Source of the DNA: Mobula hypostoma
Lineage: Eukaryota
Assembly (NCBI RefSeq): GCF_963921235.1
Contig: NC_086097.1
Coordinates: 173,044,001-173,108,000 of the forward strand
Length of the DNA stretch: 64,000 nt
Reading direction: 5' to 3'
A program made the position numbers and the translations under genes. Shown here one piece after another: positions 37,640 through 49,014 of this stretch (position 1 is its first letter; the number at the start of each line of letters is the position of its first letter). The notes under the pieces were generated by a model. It had not been told where the DNA came from, ran no database searches, and was given only the letters and a program-made list of their open reading frames with translations.

Positions 37640-38389
37640 TATTTCTTTAAACTTTTGCTTTGCGTGTCCACCAGTTAATACAGTTTCCCAATCAATCACA
37701 CAACTTACCTCTCAGTTCTCCATGTTTGGATTTAAAACTTAGTTCTGGATTGAACTATATTACTTTCAAATCAATGTAAAATTATATCATATTATGGTCA
37801 TTCTTCACTAAAGGTCACTTTATAACAAGATTATTAATTAGTTATTTCTCATTAGACAAAACTTGAATAAAATAATCTTTATTCTGTTTGGCTATGAACA
37901 TACTGATCTAAAAAAGAATATTGCACACATTCTATAAATTCATCATTTTCCATACTATCTCTAATTTGACTTGTCCAGACTATAAATAAAATTCCCCATT
38001 ATTACTCTATTACTGCACTTAAAATTTCCTGATTGACACCATGCTCAACATTACAATTATTATTTTGTAGCCTTTAATGAATAATTCCCACCAATGTTCC
38101 AGCCTTGGCCTGTTTCTTAATCCCACCTAAATCAAATGCATTTCTACATCTCAATCTATTTCTTGGCCTTTTCCGCAATAACACACACAGAGGCTTTTCC
38201 AGTATGTTAATGTCTCAGATACACGTCTCTTTCCCTTTCTCTGCCATTATCACCTTATACTTTCAGTAATCGGTTGGTAAAGTCAAAAGTGTATGGCCAA
38301 ACTATTAGAATTTCAGCTATTAAAACATGCTCCACCACAGCAATAGCACAATCATTTTGTAAATCTTGGAAGTAAAATGTTTCTCAATC

Positions 38390-38797
38390 CTTCCCCTGGA
38401 CCACACAGGCCATGCTCTCTTCTCACTGCAGCGATCAAGAAGGTGGTACAGGGGCCTCAGGACTCTCAACATCAGGTTCAGGAACAGTTATTACCCCTCA
38501 ACCATCAGGCTCTTGAACCAGTGGAGATAACTTCACTCAACTTCACTTGCCCCATCATTGAACTGTTCCCACAAGCTACAGACTCACTTTCAACGTTCTC
38601 AATATTTATTGCTTACTTATTTATTATTATTTATTTTATCCTTTTGTTTCTGCAGTTTGTTGTCTCTTGTACATTGGTTGTTTCCCTGCCCTCTTGGGTG
38701 CATTCTTTCATTGATTCTATTATGGTTCTTGGATTTACTGCAAGAAAATGAATCTCAGGGCTGTATATGGAGCCATATATGTACTTTGAACTTTGAA
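38390..38797 (+). mobile_element. Rex1/Babar-type LINE 3' end
   Basis: Encodes GHALFSL..SRRWYRGLRTLNIRFRNSYYPSTIRLLN; tail tgtactttgaactttgaa. Confidence 0.85.
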
Positions 38798-38804
38798 ATG
38801 CATA

Positions 38805-39070
38805 CTTTCAAGGTGGATGGGGGAAAAGTTTAAATGTGATATGGGGCAAGTTTTTTTTCATGCAGATAATGATAGGTGCCTGGAATGGGTTATTAGAGGT
38901 AGTGGTGGAAGTAGGCAGTTCAGTGGAGTTTAAGAGTGTTTTAGAAAGACACATGGATGCAAAGGGAATGGAGAGATATGATTGACAGACAGGAGGAGGA
39001 CATTTAGTATAAACTGGCATCAAGATTGTCATCATAGGCCAAATGGCCTTTCAAGAGCGGTATTGTTCTG
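38805..39070 (+). mobile_element. CR1 3' end (decayed)
   Basis: tttcaaggtggatgggggaaaagtttaaa...ggtgcctggaatggg...ggccaaatggcct. Confidence 0.75.
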
Positions 39071-39449
39071 AGTTTTTAATACGAAGGCTTTTTATCATAA
39101 ATTTGAACTGCAATCATTCTTCCATACTGAAAACATCTGGGATTACCTGATTACACCATTCGAAGTAGCCTACTTTGCTTTTATTTGAGATTTCCAGTAT
39201 CTTCTTATACCAGTCACTTTTATATTAACTTGAGTTACAGGCAAATTGCAGAAGTATTACTCAGCTCATTGGCCTCCCTGTTGGATCTTAGTGGCATGTG
39301 GAGTTTGTACTTTAATAAATTGAAAGTAGCTCTCTATTACTTGTAACAAATATACAATGCACTCTCCAAAAATCCATCCAACTTACTCTAATGGAAGCAG
39401 TCTGCAATAATCTTCTAATACTATGTGAACTAAGTGCAAGGCAATTTTA

Positions 39450-39740
39450 GAGCTATACAGCAGAGAAACAGAGCCTTCAGCCCATCATGTCCATGGCAGC
39501 TGCTGCAGGCACCTATACTAATCCCATTTACCTACATTAGCTCCATTGCCTTCTATGCCTGACTAGATGATTCTTCAGTGGTGTAAATGTACTTGTCTCC
39601 AACACCCTCTCAAGAAGCACATTCCAGATTCCAACTACTCCTAAAAAGTTTCCTTCAGATCCCTACTAAACCTCCCATCTCTCACCTTACCCCTATGCAC
39701 TCTTGTCTTAGACATCCCCACTGAGAACAAAAAAAAAATC
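39450..39740 (-). mobile_element. CR1 3' end (decayed)
   Basis: tacagcagagaaacagagccttcagcccatcatgtcc...cattccagattccaactactc is the antisense of the CR1 3' end. Confidence 0.7.
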
Positions 39741-40137
39741 CTACTCTAAACCCTAACAATGTCCCTCTACTCTAACATTGTCTGTTTATTAACATTTCAA
39801 ATATCTAAGCTTAATTTTTTTTGTCTGCACTTAAGTGGAGAATTTATTTATTATGAGACAAGGCAAAAGCCATTCAGCCCATCAAGTTTCAAAACAGCTA
39901 TCCCATCACTGCACTTCCCCCTCATTTTCCTAGTGCCCTTGCAATTCATTCTTTTGCACAGGCTCATCAACTCCACTTCCATTTTTTTTTTGCAAGTTAG
40001 CTCCAATAATAAGCAACTTGCAGTACCCAGTTAACCGTTCAGGGATATGGGAGGAAACTGGAGTACCAGGGGAAAGTCGCACAGAGAGAGAATGTGAAAA
40101 CACCATACAGACAACAACTAAGATGGCTGTACTTATA

Positions 40138-40344
40138 GCAACACACATCAAAGTTGCTGGTGAATGCAGCAGGCCAGCCAGCATCTCTAGAAAGAGGTAC
40201 AGTTGACGTTTCAGGCCGAGACCCTTCGTCAGGACTGAAACGTTGACTGTACCTCTTCCTAGAGATGCTGCCTGGCCTGCTGCATTCACCAGCAACTTTG
40301 ATGTGTGTTGCTTGAATTTCCAGCATCTGCAGAATTCCTGTTGT
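40138..40344. mobile_element. Palindromic Penelope pLTR insertion (207 bp) with 14-bp TSD
   Basis: ~77-bp inverted arms with a ~20-nt loop, and a ~33-nt unpaired tail on the right. TSD TGGCTGTACTTATA at 40124-40137 and 40345-40358. Confidence 0.93.
40200..40237 (-). ncRNA. Minimal type I hammerhead ribozyme motif (Penelope type)
   Basis: Minus strand: CAGUC-CUGACGA-AGGGUCUCGGCCU-GAAA-CGUC-AACUG. Core boxes are intact and stem II is AGG/CCU; stem I has a C.A mismatch next to the core. Confidence 0.7.
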
Positions 40345-42879
40345 TGGCTGTACTTATAATTGGAAAAGTTCCAACCAAATGCCTTGCACAGTGTCTGGCT
40401 CTATGTGAAGAAGAAAGCGATTTTAAAAAATTGGAGAAGTAGCACATATTAACAAAAATGTTAGCCTACAGGTTCATTAACACCTCAGGAAGTGGACAAG
40501 GGGATTGTCATGAGAAGAGCCCATGACCAATTGATTGTAGGCAGGTGACAGCAAAAGTAAGCAGAACCCAGAGCTCTTACTCTCTTTACCAATGAAGGGT
40601 AAATCTAAGACAGTCCAGTCAGGAGAGGAGAGAGACAAGGCAGTTTGGGTTTGATTGGGATCAGGACCAGAAAGTACTAAAATTGGGGATCAATCTGGGA
40701 GTCAGAGATAAAAGTGGAAAGAGTTGGGGCAGTCAGGAGCTGTGTGAGTGAGATCAGTGGGTAGAGGAATCAATTTGAAGAGAAATTAAATAAGATTGCG
40801 CATATACACAGATTCATTGGGCAGGCACCAAAGTCAGACTACCAGGTTTCTGGGACCTGGGACTTAATTAGAACAGAAGATTATGCTTGAGAATATGCTC
40901 GAGATCACAAGTTCCTGCTCATTGGAGGTGAAAATGGGTTTGCACGGTCTCCATACACCTGACCAGAAACTAAGTGTCTAGTTAAATACAAAAGGGTGTC
41001 CAATTGAAAACAGATATCAGCAAAGTGTTGGGACACAAGATGTATAGAATGATTTACACATTCAAAACAGTGACATAGTGTAAAAAAAATGCTAATACCA
41101 TTATTTTCTCCTTTGGGAAGGAATTCATCTGGGCTAGCAACAGTAAAATGTCCAAGTATCTTGCTCACTGGTTGCATTCAGCAATAACTTAAAGCTGTAA
41201 GAGTGAATCTGACCAACATTAATGTCTTCCCCATGTTTAGTGATAACTATTGAAGACACATTTCTCTCCCTTTGGTTCTGAAAACCCTGCCAAATAAGTT
41301 TCCTACTATGAATACTACTGGAATTGTTGCTATCATTCAAAATACAGCAAAATCCACTGATTGGGAGCATATTGAAACTTTATGTAAATTGACTAAAAGA
41401 AGGAAAACACATTTCTTAATTTAAAATGAAGCAATTAAGAAGATGTGATTGGCCCCTAATATGGGTTAGCATGCATCTGATTGAGCTATAACAGACTGCT
41501 GCACACTTTATGTTTTTTAATCATTGCAGATGTTTCAAATTATTATATGTTAAAACATATTTTCTACTACCCTTAAAGTATGAAGCTTCTGCTATGAACA
41601 CATCAGAGAATTAAATACATATTATTGCAACATTGAATATAAAATTTCAGACCTCCAGGCATACATTAAACAAGTTGGCAAAGTATTAAAGAAAATGCTT
41701 TGCTTATTAGATACTTCCTATTCTAAACAGTGTCATCAAAAACTAGACCAATCCATATAAAAAGCAATAGTGTTTCCACAAGAATCCTATGCCAAAAATT
41801 CTGTTTCTTCCAACTAATGAGTAAAGGATGTGTCCTTTTTATACGAATCTGAGATTTTTTTTCCAAATAGCCACATTAGGAGGCATAAATATATGTTCCA
41901 TATGGGTTTGTTTCATCAACTTGTGTTGGTATGATTCTAGAGATCTACAGCATGATAGCATTTAATAATACTTCATTTGAAACAGAGCTAAAGATAAAAA
42001 TCCCCCCTTTATCCAATTGAGACCAAGTGACTAGAATCTACAACTCTAGATTCTGCCATAGCTGAAGAAACATAAAAGAGATGAGAAGTTAACTAAGTTG
42101 TGGTGTAACTTTCTCTTGATCCACTAATAGATTTATTTAAAATGTTATCTTAAAAAAATTTGTTACTCATTTGTATCAATGGCATTAATGATCACTCAAT
42201 CAAATTAACTCTAAAAGGCTTCGAGGTTGCTTCATTCTTAAAGGTGGTGTGGAGTTTAAGGGCAGAATTAAAAACTGTAGCTGTGATATTGAATTTATCC
42301 CAGTCGCAAGCCACTTGTATCAGAATACGAGAGTTGGAGGTCCTTTCTCAACTCACTTGTTCAAAATTAATAAGCTCACCGAGAGAGCCAGTTTGTTCAT
42401 TTGCAAAACGGGAGGCTAATATCTTTATTAGGCAGTTACCTGAAGCCATATCATACATAATAATGCTCTGAATAGTTTTAATCTCACAGAAAAGCTTCAT
42501 TATTGAACCCTGAGTGACAAATTCTATTTGCTAGGTTATTTTTCTATCTACAAATTATGGCAAGGAAACCACAAGGTATAATGAAAGTCCTGTTTTATGG
42601 TTTTATGCCATCAGAACAGCAGCAGATTGAAGCATAGTTATTGCTGTCCCTGGGATTTACTGCTTGCAAGTACCACATTTGCTCCATGACTTTCACACCC
42701 CAACTGTTCCATCAAAATCACTAATTTCTAACTCTTTTGCCTTAACCCATCGCTTTGTTGTACCTCAAAACACACTTATGAACTTCTCCATTAGCTATCT
42801 ACAGATAGAGTCACACAGAATAGAAACAGGTCCTTCTGTTCACTAACACTATGCTAACCATCAAGCATTCACCAATTAT

Positions 42880-43070
42880 GGCACAAGAGACTGAATGCTG
42901 GAATCTGGAACAAAAAAAAAACTGCTGGAGGAACTCAGCAAGTCAAGCAGCAACTTGAGGGGAAAGGAATTGTCAACTTTTGAGGTGGAAATCTGCATCG
43001 AGACTTCTGATACATTTCCCTTCAGAGATTCTGTCTGACCTGTTGAGTTCCTCGAGCATTATGTTTTTAA
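42880..43070. mobile_element. Older palindromic Penelope pLTR-derived element
   Basis: actgctggaggaactcagcaagtcaagcagcaac pairs imperfectly with gattctgtctgacctgttgagttcctcgagcatt. Confidence 0.65.
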
Positions 43071-43299
43071 CATCATGTCAATAACTTCTTCACTCCCTCC
43101 AGTGCAACCACATCCTTCTTATAGCATGGTGACCAGAAATGCACACAATATTCCAAGTGCATTTGTTGTTGTGTGAATGAAGTCACCAGAGAAAATTACT
43201 GGTAGATAAAAAGCAGCTTCTTTATTGGAAAAAAACAAGGTATAGCAGGCATCATATGGAGATGCTTTTGGTGGAAAGGTCTGCCAGCCCAACGTGGAG

Positions 43300-43720
43300 T
43301 TTGATATTTTATGTGCCAAACATTAAAGGACAACTCCATACTTACAACGTATGGACAATGCTTTCTTTGAAACCACATACAAACTTCACAGCTCTTGATT
43401 CGCATCCATACCAGACACGTCAGCATTGTCTGTACTGGGATTCACAGCTTTTAGGAATCCATTGTTCAGAGGCCCTCCAAACTAAATCCACAATACATTT
43501 ACTTGGTATTCTATGCGCTAAACATAAAGGACAATTCCATATTTACAAAGTATAGGCAATGCTTTCTTTGAAACTACATACAAACTTCACACCTCCTTTT
43601 TCATCGCACACCACAGACACCCAAGTGAATTTTAATCAGCATTGACTGGTCTGAGAATCACAGCTTTTAGAAACATATTGTTCAGACCTGCACTCCAAAT
43701 AAAATCTGTAATACGTATTT
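43300..43720. repeat. Diverged ~200-bp tandem duplication (two units)
   Basis: Both units contain aaacat(t)aaaggacaa(c/t)tccata..ttacaa..gtat...caatgctttctttgaaac.acatacaaacttcaca...tcagcattg...cacagcttttag.aa...attgttcaga...ctccaaa. Confidence 0.9.
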
Positions 43721-43834
43721 AAAGGCAGAAGACTGATAGCCAAAGCCATTTGCTAAATGTAAATGACTTAAACCCAAAAATCACTCTAACACAGTTTAAC
43801 ATCCCAAGTTTTATATTCAATGTCATATACTTTC

Positions 43835-44410
43835 TTTTAACCACCCTATCTAGCTGTGCTGTCATTTTCAGGAAAAAAATGGACTTGAACTCTGGTCCCT
43901 CTGTTCATCAACATGCCTTACAGCAGCACCGTTAACTGTATATGTCCTTCCTCTATGTGACTTGTTAAAGTACATCACCAGATATCTGTCAGGATTAAAT
44001 TCTATCTGCCAATGTACTGCCCAACTTTCCATCTGATCAATATCCTGCTGCAGCCTTTGGCAACCTTCTTTGCTATCCACACCACCACAACTTTCATATC
44101 ATACTCCTATGTTCCCTAATCATATCTTCTCCATTCTCATCCAATTCATTTATACTATATAAATGTTCCAGCACCAACCACTCTGGTGTACTATTGGTCA
44201 CAAACTTCCAATCGAACTTCCGTCCTTTCACCATAAGCCTGGAATACCAAGCCAACTTTGGATCCAATTAGCCAGCTCACCTTGGATTGCATGTGCCTTA
44301 ACCTCTAGGACATAGGACCTCGTCAAATGCCCTGCTAAGGTCTACTATTCTACCTTCATCAATCTGCCAAGGTACTTCTATTAAAAAAAACTCAATCAAG
44401 TTAGTGAGGT
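43835..44410 (-). mobile_element. CR1 RT fragment
   Basis: ORF 43868..44080 (-): GCQRLQQDIDQMESWAVHWQIEFNPDRYLVMYF. Confidence 0.85.
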
Positions 44411-45629
44411 AAGTTGGGATAGGATTTGTCTAAATGAATGCAATGGTCGGCATGGTATCAGTGGGCCTGCTTCCATGCTGTAAATTTCCTTGACTTTCTG
44501 ACTCTAAATCCGTAGAGAGAACAAGAAGCAAGAATGCTTATTTTAAATTGAGGTATTGTTAAGTCAGGGACCAGGGCAGGCTTGAAGGCACAGAGTTAAC
44601 AACAACATAAGTGAGCTGGTAGGCAGGAAAGTTTTGGATGATCTCAGATAAAACGTGTGTGGGAGAGGCTAAGTTGCAAACACTAGAATTGTCAGTGACA
44701 GTGACAAGCTTTTAAGAGCTAACCTTGGTTCAACCAGGTGTGGCAGCTCATCCTATTCTGCTTTGTCCAACACTCGAATTTCTCAATTAGAATAAAACAC
44801 ATTCATACTTAGAGTACCAACTGATCTTGCACCCTAATAGCAAGATACTGAATAACTAGAACTTTTGCTATTAATTTAAATGCACAGTCCAGGAACAATT
44901 GTGCTCAGCTCCTGACCAACCCTTCAAGCTTCTACGAAACCATAGATCTATTGCTACAAATCATCTTAAATCCCAGGTTTGCCAAATGTCTGACAAACTC
45001 AGCTATCACAAGGTTGCTCAGATTTTTTGGTGCATGAGCCTCCCTCAATGGACAGAGCAACTTTGGTACTGCAAAACATTTCATTTGAAAGCAAGAGAGA
45101 GACTAAAAATACCTGACAGGTCCCCAGTTGCTCCACTGAAGCAACTCCCCAATGGGCAGATCACAAATAAAATGAGCAGCAGCTCTGCACTCTTGCAACC
45201 ACATTGGAGAGGGAAGCTTGGTAATGGAGAAGCTGATGCAGTTTTACTGAAGTTATTTCAAAGCTACCATGTGCACAGACTTATGCTACTGAGAGGGTAA
45301 AAGCTGGATTGCACTAGATGTTCTTGCCAGATGGCATTACTATTTTCACTCATACATCATCTTTACAGGCAGGTCACTTAGCCAAATATGAATAATATTT
45401 GTAATGTGTCTAAACACTTCAGTTCAATCATAAATAATAGGACATGAACAGTCCTTGAGTGAGAAAAGCAACTTCTCAAATTCTCAATTTCATCTTGTGT
45501 TTAAAGCATTTCCAATGTATTTTGGTTTATGATCAAAGAGTCACACATCATGGACAGGCCCATCAGCCCACCAAGTGCGTGCTGCCCAGCAAACATTCAC
45601 TTCTACCATGACCTATTTATTCTCCTTAA

Positions 45630-45780
45630 CCTACCAATCTACACATCTTTAGGATGCGAGAAGAATTAGGAGCACCCAGGGGAATTCTATACTGGTACAG
45701 GGGAAACATACAAACTGCACTCAGACCATGCTGGAGGTCAGGATCAAATCCAGGTACTAACAGTGCCACTAAGCTGCTAT
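45630..45780 (-). mobile_element. Decayed V-SINE
   Basis: catctttaggatgcgagaagaattaggagcacccaggggaattc...caggggaaacatacaaactgcactcagac..ctggaggtcaggatcaaatccagg is the antisense V-domain plus tRNA head. Confidence 0.7.
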
Positions 45781-45924
45781 TTCAGAATGTCAAACATGAA
45801 GAAAAGTTTATATAAAGGAATAGCTCCACAGAATTTATTGAAAAGCCACGATGCACTAATAATTTATTTTGAAATAAATTTACACCTTTTTACAGTAATC
45901 CAAAGTATGGTCTCAATGAAATGT

Positions 45925-46455
45925 AAATCACACTTCAAGTATTGTGCACAATTCTGGACATCTACTTGTAGGAAGGAGGTCAAAAGGCTGGAGACAGTGC
46001 AGAAAAGCTTTACAATAATGTTACTAGGTCAGGAAGGCTTGAGCTACAAAGTGAACAGATAGGTTGGAACTGTTTTCCTTAGAACACAGAAGGCTGAGGA
46101 GTGACTGTTTAAAGGTTTATAAAATCATGAGCTGTGTAGAGAAGATGGATGGTCACCAGTGTAGGCGAGGCTAAAAGTAGGGGTCGTAGATTTAAGGAAA
46201 AACGGGTAAGATTTGAAAAGGCTCCTGAGAGGCAACTTTTCCATATAGATGGTCATGGGTAAATGGAAGAAACTGCCAGAGGAAGTGTTGAGGTAGGTAC
46301 CATTATAATGTTTAAAAGATATTTGGACAGGTACATGATTAGAAAAGGTTTAGAAGGATTTTGGTCAAACACAGAAAAATGGGAATAGCTTGGAAAGACA
46401 TCTTGGTTGGCATGGACAGGTTATGACAAATGGCCTGTTTCTGTGCTGTACAACG
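45925..46455 (+). mobile_element. CR1 3' end
   Basis: SHFKYCAQFWTSTCRKEVKRLETVQKSFTIML...tggcctgtttctgtgctgtac. Confidence 0.85.
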
Positions 46456-46829
46456 ATGTCAATAATCCTATGCTAATTCCATTTTTTTCTCCCACATTCC
46501 CATCAACTCTTTCCCATGTTATATCCCTCACTTACAAACTAGGGACAAATTACAGTAGAAAATTAATCTGGCCAATCCATGTGTCTTTGGGTTATGTAAT
46601 ATGGCTGCTGTTAGTACAGCACTCTGGACTAGCCTAGTAACTTGACCACTGCACCACAACTACACCCAGTCATCACTCCAAAGAACTACCAAATGCTCCT
46701 GGTTATTTATCGGGAACACCATGGGTCCTGCATAAACACTAAAACAATATATTTGTGTGATTCCTTAAAAAAACTCTGTGAACATTTCAAAAGAACAACA
46801 GTCAACAGTTTGGCTCCTCAGACATGTTC

Positions 46830-47385
46830 TACTATTTTGCCTGAGTTAGGGGGAGTTGACCAGGCTGGATCTTTATTCCTTGCAGCAGAGGAGAATGACA
46901 GCTGATCTCATAGATGTTTATAAAATCATAGTCATAAGAAATTATTGAAAAGTACAGCACAGAAACAGGCCCTTTGGCCCATCTAGTCTGTGCCCAGCCA
47001 TTTAAACTGCCTAGTTCCAATTTCCCTAGTCCTAATCATGATAGGTATGGGTAAGGTGGATGGTCATAGTCTTTTGCCTCTGGAAGGAGAGTTCAAAACT
47101 GGAAGGCACAGATACAAGATAAGGGAGGAGAGATGATAAAAAGACCTGAGAGCTAACTTCCTTACACAGAGGGTAGTGAGCACCTGGGATTGGCTGCCAG
47201 AGGAAGTGGTTGAGGAGAGTACAATTACAACATTTAAGAGGTATTTGAATAGGTACATTGAGGAGAAAGACTTAGAGGGTTATGGGTCAAATGCAGGCAA
47301 CTGGGAATACTAGGTAGGACGATGTGGTCAGCATGGGCCAGTGGGACCAAAGGGCCTGTTTCTATGCTGCTCTATGACACTATGA
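46830..47385 (+). mobile_element. CR1 3' end interrupted by an antisense CR1/SINE 3' tail (~46930-47030)
   Basis: The CR1 sequence stops at tataaaatcat and resumes at aatcatgatagg. The insert aagtacagcacagaaacaggccctttggccc is a reverse-oriented CR1-type tail. Confidence 0.75.
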
Positions 47386-48551
47386 TGCTCTTCCATTAGA
47401 TCCTGGCTGATCTATATCATAGTATTATAGCACAGGAAGCAGCCATCCAACTCATTGCGAATATGCCAGCTTCTAACAGAGAAATCCCGTCAGTCCCATT
47501 CACTCCGCAAAGGCTGTAATTCAAAATAATTTGACCACATTCTCCCCAATATCTGTTCAATTTCACTTTAAATGAGATTATAGCCTCTGTCTCACGAGTC
47601 AGTTTTTTAATAACCCATGTGTGCCAGTTCTTTAATAACCTTCTGTATTTCCTGCTCTTCCAAAGGTGATCATCAATCATCATAAACACAAGAGATTCTG
47701 CAGATGCTAGAAATCCAGAGGAACACACACACAATGCTGAAGGAACTCAGCAAGTCAGGCAGCATCCATGGAACTGAATAAGCTGTTGATCTTTCGGGTC
47801 GAGATCTTTCATTAGGACTGGAAAGGAAGGGGGAAGATACCAGAATGAAAAGGTGGTGGGAGGAGGAGGAGGACTAGCTGGAAGTTGAGAGGTGTAGACA
47901 GGTGGATGGGGGAGGGGCAGTTGAAGTAAGAAGCTGGGAGGTGATAAGTGGAAAAGGCAAAGGACTGGAGAAGAAGGAATCTGAGAGAGAAGGAGAATTG
48001 GCAGGTTAGGAGAACAGGTAAGAGGCCAGGGAAGAAAGGGAAGGAGGAGGGCAAAAATTGCTGGAAAATGGAGAAATTAATGTTCATGGCATCAGGTTGG
48101 AGACACTTAGGCAGAATATGAGATTTTGCTCCTCAAATCTGAGAGTAGCCTCAACATTTCTGGAAGAGGCGGTCATGAAATGACATGTTGAAACAGGAAT
48201 AGGGTTAGAAATTAAAATGGTTGGCCACCGGGAAATTCTTACTTTTGCAGATGAGAACAGGAGCTCGACAAAGTGGTCCCCCAGTCTATTTCAGTTTTCA
48301 CCAACACAGATAAGGCTGCATCGGAAGCACTGGGTACAATTGATGACCCCAACTGACTCGCAGATGAAGTATTGCCTCACCTGGAAGAACTGTTTGAGAC
48401 CCCGAATGAAGGTGAAGGAGGAGGAGATGGGTAGGTGCAGCATTTGTGCTATTTGCAGGGATACATTCCACAGAAGAGCAAGATTAAGTGAGGAGGGATC
48501 GATCCCTGCTGAAATCAGGGAGAGTGGGGTGGGGGGGGGGGAGGTGAATTA

Positions 48552-49014
48552 CAAGGGGTGATTGATAAGTTTGTGGCCTAAGGTAGAAGGAGTCAATTTT
48601 AGAAAACCTAGCACATTTATTTTTCAACATAGTCCGCTCCTACATGTACACACTTAGTCCAGCAGTCGTGGAGCATACGGATCCCTTCTTTGTAGAAGTG
48701 GTCCACAGCAGGGGTGATTGATAAGTTCATGGCCTAAGGTAGAAAGAGATGAGTTATTAACTTCAAATTTTCTGCATTATCACTCAAAGAGTGGAACTTC
48801 ATGTTCGTGTAATGAGAGCGTCTTGGACCTCCAGGTGGTCCACAGCAGGGGTTATTGATAAGTTTGTGGCCTAAGGTAGAGGAGATGAGTTATACAGTTC
48901 TTGTTACATGCACATGCAGTTCATGTTTAACTTTTAGAGTTAAAATGCAGAAAGTTTGAAATTAATAACTCATCTCCTTCTATCTGAGGCCACAAACTTA
49001 TTAATCACCCCTCC
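48552..49014. mobile_element. Mariner-type non-autonomous element with reiterated terminal repeats
   Basis: TA|CAAGGGGTGATTGATAAGTTTGTGGCCTAAGGTAGAAGGAG ... CTCCTTCTATCTGAGGCCACAAACTTATTAATCACCCCTCC. Extra internal copies of the terminal repeat at ~48711 and ~48848. Confidence 0.85.

Larger units (their letters stand above)
29150..38150 (-). mobile_element. Ancient CR1 LINE split into colinear pieces (~29150-29510, 30123-30333, 32662-32906, ~36720-36840, 37650-38150) by younger insertions
   Basis: The pieces follow CR1 ORF2 in order on the minus strand: RT (resembling the antisense of 34715-35119), then the linker, then the endonuclease (gaatgaccataatatgata = ..DHNMI..). Confidence 0.65.

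Noticed and set aside
41134..41370. Minus-strand ORFs near 40905-41370 as a possible further VPS13B exon
   Set aside because: No resemblance to the expected upstream VPS13B peptide (..EVNITTNLDFFLSVAQVQLL..) and no convincing splice-site pair.
48552..49014. Spaced ~35-bp repeats as a CRISPR-like array
   Set aside because: Eukaryotic context, irregular spacing and an inverted final copy show they are transposon terminal repeats.
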